The notes: a model not told the origin generated them from the sequence alone. Shown: positions 51,693-61,526, counted from the first letter of the stretch. The stretch: DNA of 64,000 nucleotides from an uncultured Gemmatimonadaceae bacterium (GCA_963761305.1 CAVXGK010000002.1:1920001-1984000); one strand, 5' to 3'. Numbers and translations: made by a program.

Positions 51693-51780
51693 TCCGGCCG
51701 TTCCCTCGACACGCGCGGCTGAGCGCGGCAGATTCGGTAGCCGCAGCCGCACCGCGTGACTCCACAACCGGGGGAGACCG

Positions 51781-52230
51781 ATGCTCAAGGATTTCAAGGC
51801 GTTCATTCTGCGTGGGAATGTGCTCGATCTGGCGGTCGCGGTCGTGATCGGCGCGGCATTCGGGGCGATCGTCAAGTCGTTGACCGACGACGTGATCATG
51901 CCGCCCATCGGACTGGCGCTGGGCCACATCGACTTTTCGAACTTGTTCGTCGTGCTCAAGGACGGCACGAATCCGCCCGGCCCGTACACCAGCGTGGCCG
52001 CGGCGCACAGCGCGGGTGCGGTGACGCTGAACTACGGGCTGTTCATCAATTCGCTCGTGACGTTCGTGATTATCGCGCTGTGCGTTTTCATGATCGTTCG
52101 CACGGCGAGCAAGTTGTACGCGAAGCCCGCGCCACCGCCGGACAACATGAAATCCTGCCCGCGCTGCACGATGGCGATCCCGAAGGCCGCGACCCGCTGC
52201 CCGCAGTGCACGTCGGACGTCGCGGCTTAG
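51781..52230 (+). CDS. mscL: Large-conductance mechanosensitive channel with C-terminal CxxC...CxxC tail
   Basis: MLKDFKAFILRGNVLDLAVAVVIGAAFGAIV.SL..DVIMPPIG; NYGLFIN; CPRC...RCPQCTS. Confidence 0.95.
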   Translation: MLKDFKAFILRGNVLDLAVAVVIGAAFGAIVKSLTDDVIMPPIGLALGHIDFSNLFVVLKDGTNPPGPYTSVAAAHSAGAVTLNYGLFINSLVTFVIIALCVFMIVRTASKLYAKPAPPPDNMKSCPRCTMAIPKAATRCPQCTSDVAA

Positions 52231-52316
52231 CCAGCGACTTGGCTTTGGTTGACACCGACGCGACCGGGGCTGGTCGATCGGGATGCGCCGGTCTGCGCGG
52301 CGGGGAGCCGCGGGAT

Positions 52317-52363
52317 GAACGGACACGAGCGGGTTGAACGGATGCCAACCGAGACAAACGGAC
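52317..52363. repeat. Degenerate single arm of the GACACAAACGGA family (copy 3)
   Basis: gaacggacacgagcgggttgaacggatgccaaccgagacaaacggac. Confidence 0.55.
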
Positions 52364-52938
52364 TAGCGCTTCGGGACGAGCAACGCACCGCAGAGCAGGT
52401 CGACGAGACATGACGCGAAGGGGTCGTGGCGGCCGTTGGCCGTGGTCGCGGAAACGAGCAGCGCGCGCCGTAGAAGAATGACGAAGTAGTCGGCGAGCGT
52501 CGTAGGGTCGTAGCGGCGCATCGTCTTGTTCGTCATTTGGCGCTCGAACGCCGCGGCGACGGCGCCCGTCACGCGGCGATACGCCTCGGGCGGAAGCGCG
52601 GTGGTGACGTCGCCGACCGGCAGGTCCGGCGTGCCGAAGGAGGGATCGGCGAAGACGGCCTCGAAGGTGGCGTAGACCATGCGCCGGATGCGCAGACGCG
52701 TGAGCGGCTGTTCGAGGGCCGGGAGGACGACGCGCACGGCCGCCTCGAAGCGTTCAGCGGTGATGGCGCGGGCGATGGCCTCCTTCGAATCGAAGTAGAG
52801 GTAGAGCGTGCCGACGGCGATGCCGGCGCCGCGGGCGATCTCGGCCATCGGCGCGTCGACGTAGCCGCGGCGGCGAAAGGTGCGCCGCGCGGCGTCGAGG
52901 ATGCGCGCGCGGTGGTTGGGATCGGCAATTCGCGCCAT
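52363..52938 (-). CDS. TetR/AcrR-family transcriptional regulator
   Basis: RILDAARRTFRRRGY...EIARGAGIAVGTLYLYFDSKEAI. Confidence 0.92.
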   Translation of the reverse strand: MARIADPNHRARILDAARRTFRRRGYVDAPMAEIARGAGIAVGTLYLYFDSKEAIARAITAERFEAAVRVVLPALEQPLTRLRIRRMVYATFEAVFADPSFGTPDLPVGDVTTALPPEAYRRVTGAVAAAFERQMTNKTMRRYDPTTLADYFVILLRRALLVSATTANGRHDPFASCLVDLLCGALLVPKR

Positions 52939-52962
52939 GTACACAATCCGGGGCTTGCATTT

Positions 52963-53019
52963 CGATAAATGAACCAGTTCATTTATCGGAGGTGGTGAAC
53001 GAACCCGTTCATTTACCAC
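52963..53019. promoter_or_regulatory. Two related palindromic operators, probable TetR sites
   Basis: CGATAAATGAAC-CA-GTTCATTTATCG (52963-52988, perfect) and GTGGTGAACGAAC-CC-GTTCATTTACCAC (52992-53019). Confidence 0.75.
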
Positions 53020-53120
53020 GGCCGCCGAAGATGGTTCGCCTGGCGCTTGGCGCAAGGGCGCTCCCCCCACCCCCCTGGCGGCGTCGCATCGAGAATCGGT
53101 AGAGCAGGACTCGGCAGTAT

Positions 53121-53582
53121 ATGGTGATTGAGAAGCATCCCTCGGGCGGCGAGCGCTGGAGTCAGAGCGATCGCCGCCTTCTTGCGATAGAAGACACGGC
53201 GTACCACGGCACGGAGACGATCGTGCTCGTCGAGGATGACGACGCGGTCCGCCACGTGACCCGTCGCGCGCTCGAGGGCGCGGGCTACACCGTTCTCGAC
53301 GCCGCGAGCGGCCCCGGCGCCATCCGCGCGGCCGATGCGTACGACGGCCCGATCCAACTCATCATCGCCGACGTCGTGATGCCCGACATGTCGGGTCCGG
53401 CCTCCGTGGAGCGCATCCGCGCGGCTCGTGCCGGCGTGCCGGCCCTGTACATCTCCGGCCACGCCGACGACGTCCTCGGCGCGCACGGCGTCGCCGATCG
53501 CACACGCCACTTCGTGCGAAAGCCGTTCACGCCGAGTGAATTGATGCGCGCCATTCGGGAGCTACTCGACGACGGCGGTTGA
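53121..53582 (+). CDS. Single-domain response regulator receiver protein
   Basis: IVLVEDD, LIIADVVMPDMSG, YISGH, RKPF. Confidence 0.85.
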   Translation: MVIEKHPSGGERWSQSDRRLLAIEDTAYHGTETIVLVEDDDAVRHVTRRALEGAGYTVLDAASGPGAIRAADAYDGPIQLIIADVVMPDMSGPASVERIRAARAGVPALYISGHADDVLGAHGVADRTRHFVRKPFTPSELMRAIRELLDDGG

Positions 53583-53682
53583 TGGGAACTTCTCGCTCCG
53601 CGCAACGCGAGTCAGAAGCCGCATGGCCATGCACGAAATCGTTCGATGACGCGCTGGCCCAGGAAGCGCGCGATCATTCAAG

Positions 53683-54090
53683 ATGCCCAAGTCATCGCTC
53701 GCGTTGATCGAGGCGGAGACCACGGGAGCGATCATCGGGTCGTTCTATGACGTGCACCGCGCCCTTGGGTTCGGCTATCGTGAGTTGATCTACGCCCTGG
53801 CGCTCGAGCGGGACCTGAAGGCCAAGGGATACAGGGTCGACCGCGAAGTCGCCATCATGATCCATTTTCGCGGCGAACCGCTCGCGCGGCAGACGATCGA
53901 CATGATCGTCGATCAGAGCGTGATCGTCGAAACCAAGTCGACGGAGGCGCTGCATCCGGGTGTACGCCGCCAACTGTTCGGCTATCTGTGCGCGTCAACG
54001 CTGGAAGTTGGCCTACTCCTTCATTTCGGGCGAGAACCCAAATTCCACCGCGCAGTCCTCGAGAACCGTTTCAAGAGCTTCTCAAAATGA
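53683..54090 (+). CDS. GxxExxY protein (PD-(D/E)xK nuclease superfamily)
   Basis: VHRALGFGYRELIY (GxxExxY), IDMIVDQSVIVETKS (D...ExK), QLFGYL, GLLLHFG. Confidence 0.9.
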   Translation: MPKSSLALIEAETTGAIIGSFYDVHRALGFGYRELIYALALERDLKAKGYRVDREVAIMIHFRGEPLARQTIDMIVDQSVIVETKSTEALHPGVRRQLFGYLCASTLEVGLLLHFGREPKFHRAVLENRFKSFSK

Positions 54091-54096
54091 ACGGCC

Positions 54097-54230
54097 ATCC
54101 GTTTGTGTCCGTCCGATCCGTTTGTGTCCGCGTTCCCATCGTTGGTCTCGGTTGGCACGACGCCTCCTGTCGCCACGAGAGGCAACAACAACCGTGACAC
54201 GGACACAAACGGATTTGGACGGACACGAAC
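54097..54230. repeat. Palindromic repeat element, GACACAAACGGA family (copy 4), directly after the GxxExxY stop; arms in reverse order relative to copies 1 and 2
   Basis: atccgtttgtgtccgtccgatccgtttgtgtccgcg ... gacacggacacaaacggatttggacggacacgaac. Confidence 0.88.
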
Positions 54231-54269
54231 TGCGAAGCCTATTTGTTCAGCGCGATTTGATCTCGCCCA

Positions 54270-57200
54270 CTACGGAACTATGGGCCGTATCGTCTCGGTG
54301 ATCGCCGGAATCTTCCCCGACATCGCCGTGTTGAAGCCGGCGAGGTCGGTGTCGACGAGCGACTTGTACGCGGCCTTCGCCGTCGAGAGGTCGGTCTCGA
54401 TGTCGCCGAGCCAGGCGAGCGACGCGTCGGTGGGGCGATAGTCGGCGCCACCGGCGACGTCGCCGGCGCCGTTTCCGATCACGCCGTTCAACCAGATCAG
54501 GTTCATGTAGATCTTGTACGGTTCCACGTAGTACTTGTCGTCGCCGTTCATGTCAGAGCGCGAGAGCAGCAGGAGCTCGACCTTCATCATCTTCGCGTCG
54601 AGATCGGCGAGCGCGCGGTCCACGTCCGGCTTTGTCGCGTTGGCCTTGCGTTGGTCGAGGATCTGCTTGCGCATCACCTCGATGCGGTTGATCAGGTCGA
54701 CGCTGGCGTTCATGTCGTCGCGCACGCGGTGCTGCGCCGCGGTCGACGCGGCGAGGTCGGCAAACGAGGTCTTGATCTCCGGGTCTTCGAGAATCGCGAT
54801 CGGCTTGCTTGTGATCGTGGCGCCGTTGACCGTGAGCCGCGCCGCGTACGTCCCGGGGAGCGCGAGCGGGCCGGCCGTCTGCGCGCCTTGAATGCCCCAG
54901 TGCGTGATCGGGCGCGTCGCGCGGTTGTTGAAGCGCGGCTCCTCGAAGATGTGCGGGTTGTCCGGCGCCGGCGTGCGGAGCGCGACGACGCGCGGTGCGT
55001 CGTAGCGAAGATCCCACACCACGCGATTGAACCCGGCGCGTGTCGGCGACTGTAGCGTGCGCACCACCGCGCCCGCCGAGTCGAGAATCTCGACGCGAAG
55101 CGGCCGCGGCGTCGCCTTCGTGAGTGTGAACGTGACTTCGGCGTGGCCGGCGCGCGCCTGGCGATAGCCCGGATGCGGCGCGTAGAGCGAGAGGGTATCG
55201 TCGCCCGCGGCGATCGTCTGCGGCTCGCTTTCCCACGGCGCGATGTCGTGCAGCACGTAGACGCCTCGGCCGTACGTCGCTACCACGACGTCGTGCCACG
55301 TCTTCGGGACGACGATCCACGAGACCGCGGTGTGCGGCAGCCCCTCGTTGAAGTTCTTCCAGTGCGCGCCGTCGTCTCGCGAGTAGTAGAACGCGTGGCC
55401 CGTGCCGGCGAACAGCATGCCGCGCTTGTTCGGGTTCTCGGCCACGGCCATCACGTAGTCGAGCGGATGCGTCGCCGGGAGATCGCCGGTCACGTTGGTC
55501 CACGTCGCGCCGAAGTCGGTCGTCTTGTACACGAACGGCTTGCGGTTGTCCATCATGTGGAAGTCCACCGCGACGTACGCCGTCGCGGGATCGAAGTGCG
55601 ACGGCTCGATCTTGCGCACGGTACCCCACGCCGGCATCCCGGCCTTGGTGAGGCCGGCCGTCACGTCGATCCAGGAGCTCTCGCCGTCGTTCTCCGAGTC
55701 CTTCGTGTACCAGACCTTGCCGTCGTTCGTGCCGGCCCACACGAGACCGCGCTGAATCTCCGACGGTGCGATCGCGAAAACGACCTCGCCGTAGAACTGG
55801 CCGAGGTTGTCCTCCACGATACCACCCGACGAGACGACGTACTTCGGGTCGCGCGTCGAGAGGTCGGGGCTGATGACACTCCAGCTCTGACCTCCATTCG
55901 AAGTCTTGAACACGACCTGGCAACCGTAGTAGACCGTGCTGTGATCGAACGGGTCGATCGCCAACGGCGGCGTCCAGTGACAGCGATACTTGAGCTTGTC
56001 CGGCGGCGAGTCGAGCGTGTGGATCCACGGGCTCACCGACCGCGCGCGCTTGTCGCGATGGTCGTAGCGCGTGACCTCGTTTCCGTAGCAGCTCGCCCAA
56101 ACGATGTTGGGATCGGTGAGATCCGGCAGCGTGAAGCCCGATTCGCAGCCGCCGAGTGGGTGGTCCCACGTCGTGAATCCGCCGCCGAACCCGCCCCCGC
56201 CGCCGGCACGACCGCCGCCGGTGGAGTCCGCGCCGGTGGAGTCGGCGTTCGCGCCTCGTCCTCCGCGTCCGCCGGGGTTCGTCGGGACGGAAGCGCCGCG
56301 TCCGGCGGCCGCGATGATCTGCGCCGCGCGTCCGCCGCCGCGTCCGCGTCCATTCGTCGTGTCGGCATTCGCGCCGCGACCACCGCCCCGACCTCCACGA
56401 CCCGCGCCCGCCGCGATGCCCCGGGTCGCCGTCGCGCCCTCCTGTCCCGTGCTCGGCCCCCGCATCGTACCGTTATCCTGCCGATTGCTGTAAACCCAAT
56501 AGGGAATCTGGTTGTCGACGGCCACGTGATACATCTGGCCGATGGGCAGCGCGACCGTCTGGAAGGTCTTGCCGTGATCCGTGGTGAGGCGCGCCCCGGC
56601 GTCGTTGGTGAGACCGAAGTGGTTGGCGTTCTTCGGGTCGAACCAGATGTCGTGGTTGTCGCCGCCCCACGGCACATCAGCGAACGTTTTGCCGCCGTCC
56701 TTCGATTGGAAGAAGCTGCTGTTGGCGAGCAGAATCTCGTCCGGGTTGGACGGCGAGACCTGGAGATGGATGTAGTATCCAGCTCTTCCAATGAGCGGAC
56801 GCTGATAGTTGACGACTCTCCACTTGATGCCGCCGTCGTCCGAACGCCAGACGGAGCCCTGGTCGGCGGTTTGAATCAGCGCGTAGACACGCTTCGAGTT
56901 CGACGGCGCGACGGCGACGTCGATCTTGCCGAGCGGAGCGTGTGGGAGTCCGGGATCGACGACCTGCTTCCAGGTGTCACCGGCGTCGCGTGAGACGTAC
57001 ACGCCATCCTTTGAATCGTGCGTGCCGCTGTACATCGCCCACGTGTGCATGATCACGTGCCACATGCCGGCGAACAGCACCTTGGGATTCTTCTCGTCGA
57101 GCGTGAGCCCCGAACATCCGTAGTTGCCGCCGAGCGAGAGGACGAGCTTCCACGTTGCGCCGCCGTCGGTTGTTTTGTAGACGCCGTGCTCGGATTGTTC

Positions 57201-57779
57201 GCCCGTCGCGCGGCCGAGCGCGCAGACGTAGACGACGCTCGGATTCGTCGGATGAACGATGATGCGCTGGATGCGCCCCGTCTCGTCGAGGCCCATGTGC
57301 TGCCAGGTGGTGCCCGAATCGCTGGACTTGTATACGCCGTCGCCCATCAAGTCGGCGTCGCGAATCGCCCACGCTTCGCCCGTGCCCGCCCAGACGATCG
57401 ACGGCTTGGAGGGCGCGACGGCCAGTGCGCCGATCGCCTGCACCGGCATCGAATCCGAAATCGGCCGGAACGTGGCGCCGCTGTCGACAGACTTCCAGAC
57501 ACCGCCGGATGCGGCGCCGAGATACCAGACCCGCGCGTCGCCCGGAACGCCGGTGATCGCCGAGATGCGTCCGCCCTCGGCGGGACCAAGCAGTTGGAAG
57601 CGGAATGGATCCGGCTGCGGAGGGGTTGGGCGTGGCGCCTGGCCTGGCACGCCGGCGCCTCCGCGCGCGCCGCCGCGCCCGCCTGGCTGCGCGAACAATC
57701 GTGTGGTCGTAGACGGAAGAATGACGAGCACCGCCAGGCAATGAGCTGCCCGGCGGACGATGGTCAATGCACGAGCCAT
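54270..57779 (-). CDS. Secreted VPS10/sortilin-like BNR-repeat glycosyl hydrolase-like protein
   Basis: Many S.D.G.TW Asp-box repeats; GGRISAITG, WAGTGEAW, ISPDLS. Confidence 0.85.
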   Translation of the reverse strand: MARALTIVRRAAHCLAVLVILPSTTTRLFAQPGGRGGARGGAGVPGQAPRPTPPQPDPFRFQLLGPAEGGRISAITGVPGDARVWYLGAASGGVWKSVDSGATFRPISDSMPVQAIGALAVAPSKPSIVWAGTGEAWAIRDADLMGDGVYKSSDSGTTWQHMGLDETGRIQRIIVHPTNPSVVYVCALGRATGEQSEHGVYKTTDGGATWKLVLSLGGNYGCSGLTLDEKNPKVLFAGMWHVIMHTWAMYSGTHDSKDGVYVSRDAGDTWKQVVDPGLPHAPLGKIDVAVAPSNSKRVYALIQTADQGSVWRSDDGGIKWRVVNYQRPLIGRAGYYIHLQVSPSNPDEILLANSSFFQSKDGGKTFADVPWGGDNHDIWFDPKNANHFGLTNDAGARLTTDHGKTFQTVALPIGQMYHVAVDNQIPYWVYSNRQDNGTMRGPSTGQEGATATRGIAAGAGRGGRGGGRGANADTTNGRGRGGGRAAQIIAAAGRGASVPTNPGGRGGRGANADSTGADSTGGGRAGGGGGFGGGFTTWDHPLGGCESGFTLPDLTDPNIVWASCYGNEVTRYDHRDKRARSVSPWIHTLDSPPDKLKYRCHWTPPLAIDPFDHSTVYYGCQVVFKTSNGGQSWSVISPDLSTRDPKYVVSSGGIVEDNLGQFYGEVVFAIAPSEIQRGLVWAGTNDGKVWYTKDSENDGESSWIDVTAGLTKAGMPAWGTVRKIEPSHFDPATAYVAVDFHMMDNRKPFVYKTTDFGATWTNVTGDLPATHPLDYVMAVAENPNKRGMLFAGTGHAFYYSRDDGAHWKNFNEGLPHTAVSWIVVPKTWHDVVVATYGRGVYVLHDIAPWESEPQTIAAGDDTLSLYAPHPGYRQARAGHAEVTFTLTKATPRPLRVEILDSAGAVVRTLQSPTRAGFNRVVWDLRYDAPRVVALRTPAPDNPHIFEEPRFNNRATRPITHWGIQGAQTAGPLALPGTYAARLTVNGATITSKPIAILEDPEIKTSFADLAASTAAQHRVRDDMNASVDLINRIEVMRKQILDQRKANATKPDVDRALADLDAKMMKVELLLLSRSDMNGDDKYYVEPYKIYMNLIWLNGVIGNGAGDVAGGADYRPTDASLAWLGDIETDLSTAKAAYKSLVDTDLAGFNTAMSGKIPAITETIRPIVP

Positions 57780-57919
57780 TCGCGCGTTCTCCAGAGGATT
57801 GGCGAGACGAAGGGGCAGGCGTAGCTGTTGTGGGAACGTCTCAACGCTACGATCCGGTGGCGGTGCACAACAAGGGGCGGCGGAGGGACGCGGCCCGCGT
57901 GACCGACGTCTAGGTTTGG

Positions 57920-57943
57920 GGTGGACGGGTGGACTGGTGAACG
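57920..57943. repeat. Octamer repeat GGTG(G/A)ACN x3
   Basis: ggtggacg ggtggact ggtgaacg. Confidence 0.65.
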
Positions 57944-58014
57944 GAACCTCCAAAAACACCGCCCTCCCCTCCCGCCTTTTCCGCGCGCGTCACCCACCAT
58001 CCTAGCGCCCACCC

Positions 58015-60366
58015 GTGCTTGGACTAGTTCTCGCTGCGTTTCAACTTGCCGGCGCCGTACCGACGCCCACGCGGGCGTCGGTCTACAACGGTCAGAAAGG
58101 TGAGCTGACCGTTTCGTTGCCGCGCATCGACGGACCTGACGCCGACGTGATTATCGACGGTGTGCTCGACGAGGCCGTGTGGCAGCGGGCGGCGTTGCTG
58201 ACGGGATTCTCGCTCTACGCACCGGTCGACTCGCGCCCCGCGCCCGATTCCACCGACGTGCGCGTGTGGTATTCGTCGGAAGCGATCTACTTCGGGATTC
58301 GCGCGTTCGAGCCGCACGGACGCGTCGCCGCCACGCTCGCCGACCGCGACCGCATCTCCACCGACGACAACATCGAGATCCATCTCGACACGTTCGACGA
58401 GCGCAATCGCGCATTCGTATTCATCGTCAATCCACTCGGCGTTCAGGCCGACGGGACGAAGAACGAGGCCGGCGGATTCATTCCGGGCTCGAACGTCGCG
58501 CCGGGCCAGGACGACCTGAGCGCCGACTTCGTGTGGCAGTCGCGCGGGCACGTCGCCGAGTGGGGATACGAGGTCGAGATTCGAATCCCGTTCAGCAGCC
58601 TGCGCTATCCGCTGCGATCGCCGCAACGCTGGGGACTGCAGATCGACCGCCACGTGCAACACAACGGCTACGAGGAAACCTGGACGCCGGCCAAGCACGC
58701 GTCGGCGTCGTTCATCGGGCAGGCGGGATACATCACGGATCTCTCGGGCATGCGACACGGCGAGATCGTGGAGATGAATCCCGAGCTCACGAACACGGTG
58801 AACGGAACGCCGTGCTGCGATCCGGCACTCGATTCCTGGCACTACGCCTCGGCGCCGCGGCTCGGCGGCAACGTGCGGTGGACGCTCGGCAGCAACTTCG
58901 TGTTGAACGGAACGGCGCGCCCCGACTTCTCGCAGGTCGAGGCCGACGCGACGCAGATTGCCGCCGACCAACGGTTCGCGCTCTTCTATCCGGAGAAGCG
59001 TCCGTTCTTCGTCGAGGGCGCTGATCGGTTCAACGTGCCGAACACGCTGGTGTATACGCGCACGATCGTCCAGCCCGACGCGGCGCTCAAGGTCACCGGG
59101 AAGCTCGGGCGGGCGGACTTCGCGGCATTGTCCGCGATCGATCAATCGGGCGGCGGCACGCCGAGTGAGCATCCGCTGGTCGACGTGTTGCGTCTGCAAC
59201 AGAACTTCGGCGACCAGTCGTTCGCGGGATTGCTGTACAGCGACCGCGTGTCGAACGGATTGCAGAATCGCGCGTTCGGCGGCGACACGCACATCGTCTT
59301 CGACAACATCTACTTCGCGCAGTTCCAGGCGGTGGAGAGCGTCACACAATCGAACGGCACGACGCAATCCGGTCCGATGTGGGAGGCGGTGCTGGACGCA
59401 ACGGGGCGGAGCTGGGGATTTCACTACAACGTTTTGGGCATCAGCCCGGAGTTTCGGACCGACAACGGCTTCGTGCCGCGCACGGGATTCGTCCAGCCCA
59501 ACGCGTCGAACCGCATCACGCTCTATGGCAAACCGGGCGCGCTGGTCGAGCGTTTCAACGTCTTTCTCTCGGAAACCGCCCTCTGGGACTACGACGACTT
59601 CTTCAGCGCCAAGCGTCTCCTCGAGGACCACTTCAGCGCGATGATGGGCTGGACGCTGCGCGGCGGTTGGAGCGTGAACGTGTCGCCGAGGCTGTCGAGC
59701 TACGCCTTCGATCGCGGGCCGTATGTTGGTCTGTACGTGCCGTCCGTCGTGGATGGCGCGCCGACGCCGTTCGTCCCGTCGGATCGCATCGAGACGCTGG
59801 TGAGCGGCTTCAGCATCGCGACGCCGCAGTTTCGCACCTGGGCCGCGTCGCTCGGCACGACGCTCGGCAACGACGTGGATTTTCTCGAGACGTCGCGCGT
59901 TCGGCGAACCGACTTGAACGGTGAGCTCGACTGGCGGCCGAACGAACGGCTCCGCGCGGCGCTCACGTACACCGGCAGCGCGTTCACGCGGCGGATCGAC
60001 GCCAAGCGGTCCATGGACGCGCGCATCCCGCGCGTGAAGGTCGAGTATCAGCTCGCACGCCCGCTCTTCGTGCGCGTCGTGTCGCAGTACACGGCGATGA
60101 ATCGCGAACCGCTCGTCGATCCGATCACGGGACAGGTGCTGCTGGTGAGCGGCACCACCGGATTCACGCCGTCGGCGGCGTCGTCGTCGAATACGTTGCG
60201 CACCGACTGGCTCGTTTCGTACCGGCCGGCGCCGGGGACGGTGTTCTTCGTCGGCTACGGCGGAGATCTCGAGGAGACCGACCCGCTGGCCTTCCGCGCA
60301 CTCCGCCGCACCGACGACGCCTTCTTCGTGAAGGCGAGCTACGTGTTTCGACTGCCGGTCTTCTGA
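58015..60366 (+). CDS. CBM9-like plus DUF5916-domain outer-membrane protein
   Basis: IDGVLDEAVW, EIRIPFSSLRY, PDFSQVEAD, FYPEKRPFFVEG, C-terminal FFVKASYVF. Confidence 0.85.
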   Translation: MLGLVLAAFQLAGAVPTPTRASVYNGQKGELTVSLPRIDGPDADVIIDGVLDEAVWQRAALLTGFSLYAPVDSRPAPDSTDVRVWYSSEAIYFGIRAFEPHGRVAATLADRDRISTDDNIEIHLDTFDERNRAFVFIVNPLGVQADGTKNEAGGFIPGSNVAPGQDDLSADFVWQSRGHVAEWGYEVEIRIPFSSLRYPLRSPQRWGLQIDRHVQHNGYEETWTPAKHASASFIGQAGYITDLSGMRHGEIVEMNPELTNTVNGTPCCDPALDSWHYASAPRLGGNVRWTLGSNFVLNGTARPDFSQVEADATQIAADQRFALFYPEKRPFFVEGADRFNVPNTLVYTRTIVQPDAALKVTGKLGRADFAALSAIDQSGGGTPSEHPLVDVLRLQQNFGDQSFAGLLYSDRVSNGLQNRAFGGDTHIVFDNIYFAQFQAVESVTQSNGTTQSGPMWEAVLDATGRSWGFHYNVLGISPEFRTDNGFVPRTGFVQPNASNRITLYGKPGALVERFNVFLSETALWDYDDFFSAKRLLEDHFSAMMGWTLRGGWSVNVSPRLSSYAFDRGPYVGLYVPSVVDGAPTPFVPSDRIETLVSGFSIATPQFRTWAASLGTTLGNDVDFLETSRVRRTDLNGELDWRPNERLRAALTYTGSAFTRRIDAKRSMDARIPRVKVEYQLARPLFVRVVSQYTAMNREPLVDPITGQVLLVSGTTGFTPSAASSSNTLRTDWLVSYRPAPGTVFFVGYGGDLEETDPLAFRALRRTDDAFFVKASYVFRLPVF

Positions 60367-60382
60367 GCTCCGTCCGGCGGGG

Positions 60383-60943
60383 CTACGGCTTCACCGGCAC
60401 CATGAGGTGCGCGTACGGAGTGCCCTTCCACATGACATACGGGGTACTCGCGCTCGGCGTCGCGGAATACGAGTCGAGCAGCTTCGTGTCGGGGAGCACG
60501 ACCATCGTGTGTGGCGGTGTCATGACCCAGTTCTGTCCAGCCGCGGGTTTCTTGGCGTAGGGATCTGTGTTGCTCGCGTCGGACCCGCCAAGGAGCATGT
60601 AGGCGACGCCGATCTGTGTTATCGCGGGAGGTTTCTGCGACATGTACCCTTGGAACCACTGCTGCCAAACCTTGTCGACGCACATTGGATCGGGAGCGGG
60701 CGTCGACGGATCGTCAGGCAAACACAGCCAGCCGTTCGTCCCTTTGGCGAGCGTCGTCATCTTCCCGTCTGGCGTCATGTCAGCGATGGTCGCATTGGCG
60801 GAGATCGCCGCGGGCGCGGCCGAACGTGCGCTCGCGATCTTCGCTGACGTGGCGGGTGAGGGCGGATCAGCCTTTTTCTGCGCGTGTGCGGTGGCGGGCG
60901 CCGCGAGGCCGAAGAGGACCGCGATGGTGGAAGCGTGCCGCAT
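60383..60943 (-). CDS. Secreted hypothetical protein
   Basis: Signal peptide; A.SAAP..I...ATI, GTNGWLC, PMC, YML.GG, PPHTM, GTPYAHLMVP; GGAGAG upstream. Confidence 0.78.
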   Translation of the reverse strand: MRHASTIAVLFGLAAPATAHAQKKADPPSPATSAKIASARSAAPAAISANATIADMTPDGKMTTLAKGTNGWLCLPDDPSTPAPDPMCVDKVWQQWFQGYMSQKPPAITQIGVAYMLLGGSDASNTDPYAKKPAAGQNWVMTPPHTMVVLPDTKLLDSYSATPSASTPYVMWKGTPYAHLMVPVKP

Positions 60944-61170
60944 GCTGCTCTCCTTCCCGCGTGAAGCGGGGATATGGTGAGGCATTGGCTGCACTGTCGA
61001 CGCAAACCTGACGCGTTAACGCAATGACAGCCCGAAGCCAGCGTCAAGCGGCGGAAACGATTCAGCCATCGAAGTAGCTTCGATCCGCGATGGTCCTTTG
61101 CTATTTCTTTGTGATCAGGTTTCTCTGGAGCCAATGGGCCGAGCGACAGTCGGAAACAGTGGGCGCCTCG

Positions 61171-61461
61171 TCATTGGCGCGTGACGTTCGTGGCGCGCGC
61201 CTCGCGCTCGGCCTGAGACCGGGCGATGCCGCCGAAGGTGAGCACCCAGCGGAATGCGACGCGAATCGCTCGCGCGGCGGGCGAGAGGAAGCGAATGTTC
61301 ATCGCGAGCGCGAGCTTGTCGGCGCCGACCACGATCACGTAGAACAGCCCAACCACGCCGAGAGCCACGAGCCAGAGCGGAAAGACGATGACGAAGATGA
61401 TGATGATGAATGGCAGAAGGAGAATCGGGACGATGGGGAGCAGTCCCAAGCCGAGTTGCAC
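61171..61461 (-). CDS. Small hypothetical membrane protein
   Basis: Long hydrophobic N-terminus; GGAG upstream of GTG. Confidence 0.6.
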   Translation of the reverse strand: MQLGLGLLPIVPILLLPFIIIIFVIVFPLWLVALGVVGLFYVIVVGADKLALAMNIRFLSPAARAIRVAFRWVLTFGGIARSQAEREARATNVTRQ

Positions 61462-61526
61462 GTGATGCTCCGGTTAGGTTGATGACGATGCGAATTGGCG
61501 CCCATAGGTCCTTCTATAAAGTAGAG

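Noticed and set aside
46449..56993. Long alternative-frame ORFs such as 46449..48215, 48942..51263 and 55143..56993
   Set aside because: Antisense shadows of well-supported genes, expected at high GC
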